IMG/VR virus record: IMGVR_UViG_3300040985_000553
Coordinates: 1-53,742 of that record
Length of the DNA stretch: 53,742 nt
Strand: one strand, 5' to 3'
Source: a virus
Taxonomy: Duplodnaviria; Caudoviricetes
In this document: positions 29,601-36,318 of the stretch, piece by piece
Layout of the letters: the number at the start of each line of letters is the position of its first letter
Position numbering within the stretch: the first letter of the stretch is position 1
The notes under the pieces: model-generated
Told to the model about the DNA's origin: nothing
What the model saw: the letters and a program-made list of their open reading frames with translations, nothing else
Database searches by the model: none
Translations under genes and position numbers: made by a program

Positions 29601-29951
29601 TCAGTCAGCGGCTCGTCTGAAACCTTCCGAGGTGTACTCACGCTGACGACGCACCTCGTACCGTCCCGGAGATACCCGGAGCGTCTCGTGTGTGTCGTGA
29701 CTGCGTTCGTGAACGATGTCTGCTGGTGCCTCCACCTCGAAGAAGAGACGGTACAGGTCTTCGTCTCGGGTCTCCTTCGGACGGAAGGCTGTGACACGAT
29801 CCATGACCATGGTGTGGTTGTGCCCCGTCTCTGAGTGGGCGACAATATACTTACCGCCTTCGGCCTGATACGGCTCGACATCAGCAGGGATTTCGTCGAT
29901 CCGGGTGATGAGGAAGTCGCCCTGTGCGGCGATACGGTCAAAAGTTTTCAT
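29601..29951 (-). CDS. His-motif protein of the type often found beside DUF6745 genes
   Basis: AQGD...HSETGHNH...HDTH...YEVRRQREY; AGGAG RBS before ATG 29951. Confidence 0.7.
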   Translation of the reverse strand: MKTFDRIAAQGDFLITRIDEIPADVEPYQAEGGKYIVAHSETGHNHTMVMDRVTAFRPKETRDEDLYRLFFEVEAPADIVHERSHDTHETLRVSPGRYEVRRQREYTSEGFRRAAD

Positions 29952-29952
29952 G

Positions 29953-30183
29953 CTATTCTCCTGTGAATGTACCACTGAAAATGTGGTGCTTGAGTTGTTC
30001 CATCTCCCAGACCCAGTCTTTCATGTCTGAGTCTGACGATGCGTAGTATCCGGAACCGTCCGGGCTTGTCCCGATGATAAGTACTTTTGTAAGTCTGTGC
30101 TCGACAGCACCGGTCAGGACACGATCCGGTGGTATCGGGACTGTTGTGGTCGCGTTTAACACAACAACATTGTCATCGTCCAT
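29953..30183 (-). CDS. hypothetical protein
   Basis: GGAG RBS; 76 aa. Confidence 0.65.
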   Translation of the reverse strand: MDDDNVVVLNATTTVPIPPDRVLTGAVEHRLTKVLIIGTSPDGSGYYASSDSDMKDWVWEMEQLKHHIFSGTFTGE

Positions 30184-30539
30184 AGGTTTTCTCCGTTCCC
30201 GATAGGTCCGATCTGGTACTAAATCTGCCTGTCGGCTGCGACAAAGGGAAGAATTGCCCTTTGTTTACTGATGGTTAGGGGTGCGACAATTTGTCCTATT
30301 GTGAGGGGGTCGTCGCGGCTGGTACATATCTATGTATCAGGTTTGAGACAAACAGTAATTTCTACTACTGTTTTCCTTTCTCTTCTCTACTGTCTCGTAT
30401 GTTTATGTTCGGTATCAATCCACCTCATAGACGATGAACATGACCAGTCCTGTCAGGGCCAGTGCCGCTGCCAACCATGGACTCAATAGGAAGGCGTATG
30501 GTGCTGCTAATATCATCATCGTTAATCCTATAAAACATT

Positions 30540-30734
30540 TCAAACGGAATCCCTTTGTCTTATCTGTATGATGGCACAGTCGCCACACAGCAGGTATCCG
30601 TGATGCTTCACGACTGCCGCGTTCCGGGCACCACATTCATCACAGTCCGGTATCCATCTATGTCTTGTGTCAGGACTTGTCCCCGTACCACTCTTCGAGG
30701 TCGTGGATAAACTGGGCTGCGTCGTGCTCATCAA
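30540..30734 (-). CDS. small zinc-finger protein
   Basis: CDECG...LLCGDC. Confidence 0.5.
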   Translation of the reverse strand: MMSTTQPSLSTTSKSGTGTSPDTRHRWIPDCDECGARNAAVVKHHGYLLCGDCAIIQIRQRDSV

Positions 30735-31003
30735 CTGGCCCTCCCGCCACTGATGTTACGTAGCTGTGGTCGTCGGCCTCGTGGGTCTTTGGTTGTGATG
30801 TACTCGTAGAGGGAGCGGAGGGAGACTTCGTTGTGGCTCCGTCTGTCTGCTGCCCATCCTCCTGATCCTGCCCTGACCATGTCGATCCTGCCTGAGTATC
30901 CGGCGACTTTGATTGCATTGGCTGTCATCCCTGTGAGTTGTGAGGCCATCTTTACGGTGACGTAGTCTGTCGGTACTACTTGTTTCAGGTTGTAACGGCT
31001 CAT
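30731..31003 (-). CDS. helix-turn-helix DNA-binding protein (MerR/excisionase-like)
   Basis: YVTVKMASQLTGMTANAIK...GRI pattern. Confidence 0.55.
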   Translation of the reverse strand: MSRYNLKQVVPTDYVTVKMASQLTGMTANAIKVAGYSGRIDMVRAGSGGWAADRRSHNEVSLRSLYEYITTKDPRGRRPQLRNISGGRAS

Positions 31004-31170
31004 GCTTCTTCCTCGGTGATGTTGATACGGGTGTCTTCTTTGGAGAACATCTTGTGTGTGTACTCATTACCTTCATCATCTGTTGTGGTGATGGTGGTCA
31101 CCCAGAAGGTGTCGTACTGACGGTGCATGATGTTGATGTTCTCTACTCGGTGGATGTTTGTCTCAATCAT
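31000..31170 (-). CDS. hypothetical protein (56 aa)
   Basis: Manual translation MIETNIHRVENINI...; ATGA-coupled at both ends. Confidence 0.55.
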   Translation of the reverse strand: MIETNIHRVENINIMHRQYDTFWVTTITTTDDEGNEYTHKMFSKEDTRINITEEEA

Positions 31171-31352
31171 CTTCTGTACTCCGTTGCTGGTTGTAATCCG
31201 AATGTCTCTACCCAGTACCGCTTCTCTGCGGGGGACAGAGGGCTGTCTTCTATGTAGTCAATCACCTCTGCCCCGTTGTCGTAACCGTGGAGGGTGAAGA
31301 GGTCTTCACAGATCAGGTCTTGGTCTGTCCGGTGGACGTTCGTCAGGGGCAT
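31167..31352 (-). CDS. hypothetical protein
   Basis: ORF track; probable start ATG 31352. Confidence 0.5.
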   Translation of the reverse strand: MPLTNVHRTDQDLICEDLFTLHGYDNGAEVIDYIEDSPLSPAEKRYWVETFGLQPATEYRR

Positions 31353-31366
31353 TGCTACTGCTAGTG

Positions 31367-31549
31367 CTACTGCTCGGGATAGTGGCATTCTGCCTCCTTG
31401 ATAAGTCTGCCGTACTCGCACAGACCCAGACTGTGCTCCCGGACTGCTTCCCAGACTGCATCCTCAAGACGTGTCCCCGGATTGTCCATCAGCTTCATGA
31501 CGGTGTGTGTTGCGTGTGCGTAACGGTGACTGTCAGGTTTTGTCGTCAT
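31367..31549 (-). CDS. hypothetical protein
   Basis: AAGGA RBS; 60 aa. Confidence 0.55.
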   Translation of the reverse strand: MTTKPDSHRYAHATHTVMKLMDNPGTRLEDAVWEAVREHSLGLCEYGRLIKEAECHYPEQ

Positions 31550-31667
31550 CTGTCTTTCCTTTCCGGGTGTATTTTTTCTTGTTCATAATTTTCTTAGGGG
31601 CGTAGATTTTATCCATCAGTCTCTTTGCGTAATGGTTTCTCCGCTTTGTCTTTCGTGGCTTTGTCAT
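31533..31667 (-). CDS. small basic protein (44 aa)
   Basis: GGAGG RBS; MTKPRKTKRRNHYAKRL...KKKYTRKGK. Confidence 0.5.
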   Translation of the reverse strand: MTKPRKTKRRNHYAKRLMDKIYAPKKIMNKKKYTRKGKTDDDKT

Positions 31668-31767
31668 CGTTCCTCCAGATGAAAGTGAGTAGCTGGTCGA
31701 GTGCCAGATACGTTATTATAATGATCATTGCTGATCCTGTCAGCACAATTCCGACGTGTTCAATCAT
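31609..31767 (-). CDS. small membrane protein (52 aa)
   Basis: Manual translation MIEHVGIVLTGSAMIIIITYLALDQLLTFIW... Confidence 0.45.
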   Translation of the reverse strand: MIEHVGIVLTGSAMIIIITYLALDQLLTFIWRNDDKATKDKAEKPLRKETDG

Positions 31768-32026
31768 AATTCTTTGTCCATTCATCTTCGGACATCACCC
31801 GATCCCCGTACTGGAGGATGTCGTTATTGTAGGTGTCTCCGTACTCCCACGATCCGTAAGTCATGGGTGAACGGGCAGCAACGTACCAGCGTGAGTACTG
31901 GATTGTCTTCTCTTTCTCGGGGTGTTGGTACGTCTTCAGGATACGCCATTCCCACCCTTGGGAATTAGTATAGATGGCGTAAGGGTTATCTACTGGTCGT
32001 GTCTTTCCGAATGGGGTGCGTGGCAT
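31760..32026 (-). CDS. conserved phage early protein (88 aa, MPRTPFGK...)
   Basis: GGGAG RBS; WEWRILKTYQ...WEYGDTY. Confidence 0.65.
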   Translation of the reverse strand: MPRTPFGKTRPVDNPYAIYTNSQGWEWRILKTYQHPEKEKTIQYSRWYVAARSPMTYGSWEYGDTYNNDILQYGDRVMSEDEWTKNYD

Positions 32027-32056
32027 TGTCTTCTCCCGTTGGTGGGTTGTGTGGGT

Positions 32057-32123
32057 GATTTCCACAGACGCCCGAAGGCGTTTCGGCTGGTTATCAGTCA
32101 GCCTCATCAGTGTGGCATCAATC
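32057..32123 (-). ncRNA. type I hammerhead ribozyme
   Basis: Minus strand CCACA-CUGAUGA-GGCUG(9-nt loop)CAGCC-GAAA-CGCC(UUCG)GGCG-UC-UGUGG: complete core and three perfect stems. Confidence 0.9.
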
Positions 32124-32128
32124 GTGTT

Positions 32129-32380
32129 TCATGTTCTCAGTCTCCAGCTTCGCTCACCGGTCGCCGCCCAAGTTTTAAGTAGCTTCGGCTCTGAGAAAGA
32201 CACGGCGTCTATTTCCTCATCGCGCCATTCGTAATCACTGAGATCATGGGCAGCCTTTTCTGCCTGTTCTTGTAAATACGCTAGATCAGTGGGATCATCC
32301 ATGTCCCGATGAGTTTCCACCGTCACCACAGAACTCTGCTGTATTGTACGGTAGACTTTGATTTCATATTGTTTAGTCAT
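32129..32380 (-). CDS. hypothetical early protein (83 aa)
   Basis: GGAG RBS; sits between the tRNA-like RNA and the hammerhead. Confidence 0.65.
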   Translation of the reverse strand: MTKQYEIKVYRTIQQSSVVTVETHRDMDDPTDLAYLQEQAEKAAHDLSDYEWRDEEIDAVSFSEPKLLKTWAATGERSWRLRT

Positions 32381-32414
32381 TTTAGTTCTCCAGTTGGTGC
32401 CGTATGTTGGTTAA

Positions 32415-32538
32415 GGTGGGGGTGAGCGGAGTCGAACCGCTCGTTAGGTAGCTGTACCTACCCTGCTGCATTGTACAGACCTCCAGCACGATAGTCGTGC
32501 CTTCGTAGGCTCTACAACATTCACTCGCCAGAACCCCC
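32415..32538 (-). ncRNA. tRNA-like RNA, 124 nt, non-canonical
   Basis: GGGGGU/ACCCCC-A-CC terminal stem; T-arm GAGCGG-UUCGACU-CCGCUC; internal hairpins; no canonical anticodon loop. Confidence 0.65.
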
Positions 32539-32651
32539 GTAATATCTATTCCTCTTTGGTTTCTTCAATTTGCACAGCTTAATCTATGGTCATAGAAAAG
32601 TCTAATGCTATTTCTGCATGGCAGGTATGTCGTCCACGCATGGCTTCTATG

Positions 32652-33053
32652 TTACTTATAGAATATATGTCGGCCAATCTTGAACAGTCTGGTCAGTCTG
32701 TCAGCCCATCCCGGATCGACGTAGTCTGCATGGTAGTGGGTGGCACCATCTGTCACGTCCACACCTACCCGGTGGAGCTTCTCGGCCATCATGGCGTTAT
32801 GTCTGGCAGCTTCCCATGCAGCACCGGGCGATGGTCTGTCCGGTAATCCGTCACAGTAAAAACTGAACTGACATTTATATTTCACCATATTTCCGTGACT
32901 GTCACGCGGTCCTTGGTATATGACATCACAAATATTGTCGGGCCATCGTCTGTCGTATTTTCTATTTATAACAGTCTGACCTACTGCTATCTGTCCCATA
33001 TCTGGCTCACCTTGTGCTTCAAAGTATATTGCTATGGCAAGACATTCAATCAT
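32652..33053 (-). CDS. SleB-like cell wall hydrolase (Hydrolase_2)
   Basis: CLAIAIYFEAQGE, CQFSFYCDG, GATHYHA and IGRHIFY motifs. Confidence 0.9.
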   Translation of the reverse strand: MIECLAIAIYFEAQGEPDMGQIAVGQTVINRKYDRRWPDNICDVIYQGPRDSHGNMVKYKCQFSFYCDGLPDRPSPGAAWEAARHNAMMAEKLHRVGVDVTDGATHYHADYVDPGWADRLTRLFKIGRHIFYK

Positions 33054-33210
33054 GGTCGGTCACCGCTCTGGTCACCGCAGCCCTCCTGTTATATATCTTG
33101 TGATCAGGCACGTTACGTAGTACCCAACGCTGACCCTCATATTTCTTCTGACGTATAGATCGGGCGTATCTTTTCTGGTATTTGCTGACCTGTTTCTGTC
33201 TTTGGGTCAT
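33046..33210 (-). CDS. small basic protein (54 aa)
   Basis: Manual translation MTQRQKQVSKYQKRYARS...; ATGA-coupled to the upstream gene. Confidence 0.45.
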   Translation of the reverse strand: MTQRQKQVSKYQKRYARSIRQKKYEGQRWVLRNVPDHKIYNRRAAVTRAVTDHD

Positions 33211-33500
33211 CGTTCTGCCCCATACTTTCTATGTGTTTTTATTTCCCAGCGTTCAGAAATAGGCTCCCCGTCGTCGGCCTCATCAACCACAACGTGCGCC
33301 ACGGTCCGGAGCACACGCGCAAAGCGGCGCGACCCGTCAGACATGAACACAACGTGCGGAAACTCTGGTGCCCAGTCCCCATCGTCCGTGGTTCTCTCCG
33401 CGTACTCGAAAATCGCGCCGGTTTGCTTATGTTTGTAACAACCAATTATAAGACCTTGTCCGGCTTTCCGTTCATCGTTCCAATAGTTTGCATGAGACAT
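33207..33500 (-). CDS. hypothetical early protein
   Basis: GAGG RBS; 97 aa. Confidence 0.65.
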   Translation of the reverse strand: MSHANYWNDERKAGQGLIIGCYKHKQTGAIFEYAERTTDDGDWAPEFPHVVFMSDGSRRFARVLRTVAHVVVDEADDGEPISERWEIKTHRKYGAER

Positions 33501-33551
33501 TATATTTCCTCTATCCTATTGGGGCGACAACGCGCCGCCCCGTGTTACGGC

Positions 33552-34325
33552 CTAGCAATCAACCACAAAGCCCGTCTGGTCATGCCTTGCCTTGCCTTTG
33601 GCGTATAGCGCGACAACCACGTTGTGATCATCCATGAAGCGCACGTCGCTGTCATCGCCGGGCACAACGTCCAGCCCGTCAAATGTCGCCGGGATGATAT
33701 CTTTTGATCGAAATACTACCGCAATTCTGTGTCCCATTGCCCGAGCTGTCTGGTAATATTTGGCGTAATCTTTAACGCCAGAATATGAGAAGGTAAGATC
33801 GTATACGTCACGGTCCGGGATGATACGATTTGGAATTTTCGTATAGTCGTAAAACTTGGCCCCATATTTAGTGTGCATTTCGACCATAAAATCCCAGATC
33901 AATAGTTCCCAACGTGTGTCTGACGTACCGCATAAGCGTATTGCCGGGATCATGTTTTTCTTAATAGATAACAGAACATGAGTGAGAATTTCGCGCTTTA
34001 ATTGTGCAAGAAACTCGTCGCGGTACTGATTAAAGTAAAGCGTTTTGCGTAACCGCGAAAGCTGGACCGTTGTCATCGCGCCGCGCCCGGCGGTATTAAG
34101 ACAAGGCCCGTCGCACTGTGCGATCTGTGCCATGGGGCACATATTCACGCCCGATATATCGTGTGGCGATAGATAAAGTATAGCGGTTCGAACACCTATC
34201 TTCTCACCCTTAATTGTTTTCGCATCGTTCGAGATGCTAAGCAAATCGCCGGGCCTTTCATCATGCCAACGCTTGGCGCGGAATGCAGCGGTAAGGCCGG
34301 GATCAATATTGTCTAAGTTATACAT
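33552..34325 (-). CDS. GP88-family Cys-cluster protein
   Basis: CPMA...CDGPCLNTAGRG, IRLCGTSD, FYDYTK, YDLTFS and GDDSDVRF motifs. Confidence 0.75.
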   Translation of the reverse strand: MYNLDNIDPGLTAAFRAKRWHDERPGDLLSISNDAKTIKGEKIGVRTAILYLSPHDISGVNMCPMAQIAQCDGPCLNTAGRGAMTTVQLSRLRKTLYFNQYRDEFLAQLKREILTHVLLSIKKNMIPAIRLCGTSDTRWELLIWDFMVEMHTKYGAKFYDYTKIPNRIIPDRDVYDLTFSYSGVKDYAKYYQTARAMGHRIAVVFRSKDIIPATFDGLDVVPGDDSDVRFMDDHNVVVALYAKGKARHDQTGFVVDC

Positions 34326-34600
34326 AAGGGATGCCCCTATAATCTAAGGTATGAGCGTGACGGAATTGTCGCGCCCGGTACGAAGAGACTATAGAAAACC
34401 ACGCCGCATTCCAGCGCAGAGTTTGCATAGCAGCCATGCGCTCACGACATGCCGGGATTGGGCCGCATATATAACGAACGCGCGTAAACACAACGCCGCG
34501 TGGATGTCAAACATTAAATTGAGGCGCGACAATCTGACGCAGTTATTCTAATTCACGGAATATATTGGATGTACATGTGACATATTGACGCAGCATAGAT

Positions 34601-34674
34601 GTTCACGTTTTGTTCCACCCGCCACAATTCGTTCACGTTTTGTTCTTCTGCTTTGTTTTGTTCACGTTTTGTTC
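34601..34674. promoter_or_regulatory. three alphaproteobacterial LexA-type boxes GTTCACGTTTTGTTC (34601, 34631, 34660)
   Basis: Exact GTTC-N7-GTTC copies. Confidence 0.8.
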
Positions 34675-34840
34675 TTTTGGTCACTGCTCTGGCGAACGAA
34701 TAATATATATAGTTTTGGTCACTGCTCTGGCGAATGAATAATATATATAGTTTTGGTCACTGCTCTGGCGTACGCATATATATTTTGGTCACTGCTCTGG
34801 CGTATGAATAATATATATAGTTTTGGTCACTGCTCTGGCG
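34675..34840. repeat. five copies of TTTTGGTCACTGCTCTGGCG with AT-rich spacers (iteron-like)
   Basis: Copies start at 34675, 34713, 34751, 34783, 34821 (period 38, 38, 32, 38). Confidence 0.95.
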
Positions 34841-34875
34841 GGTCGGGATATATACAAGCTGAAAAAAAATAAAAA

Positions 34876-34890
34876 GAACAAAACGTGAAC
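34876..34890. promoter_or_regulatory. inverted LexA-type box GAACAAAACGTGAAC
   Basis: Reverse complement of the same 15-mer. Confidence 0.8.
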
Positions 34891-34900
34891 AAATGAGAAC

Positions 34901-34931
34901 AAAAAAAGGGGACAACCCGAAGGCTGTCCCC
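34901..34931 (-). terminator. intrinsic terminator
   Basis: Minus strand GGGGACAGCC-UUCG-GGUUGUCCCC followed by U7. Confidence 0.85.
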
Positions 34932-34935
34932 AGTT

Positions 34936-34995
34936 TTATCCGAACAATGCGTATAGCAAGTCCAGAATTTGGTTCAACGTCTCAAGTGTTTCCAT
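34936..34995 (-). CDS. 19-aa peptide METLETLNQILDLLYALFG
   Basis: AGGG RBS; ends just before the terminator. Confidence 0.35.
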   Translation of the reverse strand: METLETLNQILDLLYALFG

Positions 34996-35007
34996 TGTTT
35001 TCCCTAA

Positions 35008-35079
35008 CTAAACTAGGAGCCGCCACGCGATTAGCGTGACAACCCCTAGAATAATTACCAGTTCGAACAACGCAGCCAC
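35008..35079 (-). CDS. 23-aa hydrophobic peptide MAALFELVIILGVVTLIAWRLLV
   Basis: GTG start overlaps the DUF932 stop. Confidence 0.35.
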   Translation of the reverse strand: MAALFELVIILGVVTLIAWRLLV

Positions 35080-35990
35080 TAGGCTGCAAGTTCGGCATAA
35101 ACCGGATGCGAGAACATCTTCCGCATCCGATCCTGCCGACGGACGAACCCGGCCAGTTTATTTGACCCACGATTGCCATCGGTATGGGTTGCCCAATTCG
35201 ATACCGAAGAGCGGATCGAAGCAAGGGTTTCACCATAACGCGGAGCCTCCACCATGTGATAGATCGCTTTGATCTTATCACCGACGGTTTCAGCGTTCCG
35301 TTTCCGATCCTCGACTGGGGTGTTGTCGGTGATCGCATCGATCACCTCGAACGCCTGACGTCGCGGAACCATTGTTTGCATCGCACGCTCGAACGCATCG
35401 AAATACGTCGAGGTGTTCTGCAACGCGGCCCGAGCATCCACCGGAAGACGCAACCCGTAGCGGCCTTTCTGACGAACCTTAAAATACCCGCCACCGACCA
35501 TCGGCAATTCGCAATTCAGGCAAACCATCGTAGTGAACGATGACGCCCCGGCGATTGCCATGGTCCCATCGGTTCCGAACGATAACGCCACGCCCATCTG
35601 GAGGCGCGTCGTGCGACCATCGCGCAACGTTACCTGTCGTGACCGGGAAGGGTCAGTGGACTGGCTGGTGGCGATCAGATGAACTTGCCGTCCTCCGTTA
35701 CCGATCCGCGTTGATAGCGCAGCGGTTTCAGGATCGAGTAGATCACCCAGACCCGCGTCGACCATCTCGCGGCCCCATGTTGAAAGCACATGGCGCGGTG
35801 AAAGATTGTCGCGGGTATCACTGGCGGACACCATGTTGATCGCCTTCCGATCCCCATCCGGGAATTCGGCATAGCGGATCACCTGATCCGTTCCCAGACT
35901 GTAGGGAACTTCCGCCTCGCCGATCGAATAATCGATCGCCGGGTTCAGATAGGACAGGCTACCAGTGTCATCAAATTTTACGATATCCAT
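35079..35990 (-). CDS. DUF932-like protein, first gene of the early arm (303 aa)
   Basis: DGT.A...MVCLN and NWATH motifs; GAGGAG RBS before ATG 35990. Confidence 0.65.
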   Translation of the reverse strand: MDIVKFDDTGSLSYLNPAIDYSIGEAEVPYSLGTDQVIRYAEFPDGDRKAINMVSASDTRDNLSPRHVLSTWGREMVDAGLGDLLDPETAALSTRIGNGGRQVHLIATSQSTDPSRSRQVTLRDGRTTRLQMGVALSFGTDGTMAIAGASSFTTMVCLNCELPMVGGGYFKVRQKGRYGLRLPVDARAALQNTSTYFDAFERAMQTMVPRRQAFEVIDAITDNTPVEDRKRNAETVGDKIKAIYHMVEAPRYGETLASIRSSVSNWATHTDGNRGSNKLAGFVRRQDRMRKMFSHPVYAELAA

Positions 35991-36303
35991 TTGTATCTCC
36001 TCAATGGATATTGCCGGATCACACAAAAGGCGGACGCGGAATGCGTCGTGCCCCGGTGATCCGGTTCCTTTGAAATATTCACAATGTCCAACATCGAAGG
36101 CCGTTCCGGATCGGCCACCACCAGAACTCCAGAACGCAATGTCCTTGAAGCACACCGGACGGATTAACTCAAATAAAAAATAAAATCTTTTCGCTTGACC
36201 CGGCGACTGGATCCGTGGCAGCCGATGGCGAAAATAATTGTTGACAGGCTGGTGAAGATGTGCCTTGGACAGTCTGGAACCGTTCTAAAGACCGCCACAT
36301 TTT

Positions 36304-36318
36304 GTTCACGTTTTGTTC
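36304..36318. promoter_or_regulatory. fifth LexA-type box in the divergent intergenic region
   Basis: GTTCACGTTTTGTTC exact copy. Confidence 0.75.

Noticed and set aside
31533-31667. ArfA ribosome-rescue factor
   Set aside because: Basic with a YTRK ending, but lacks the KGKGS motif.
32415-32538. Canonical tRNA, tmRNA or attP
   Set aside because: No U33-type 7-nt anticodon loop, wrong length, no G3.U70 or tag ORF, and no integrase seen.
34675-34840. CRISPR array
   Set aside because: Spacers are only 12-18 bp and near-identical; no cas operon. The Cas4-like nuclease is a common phage replication-module gene.
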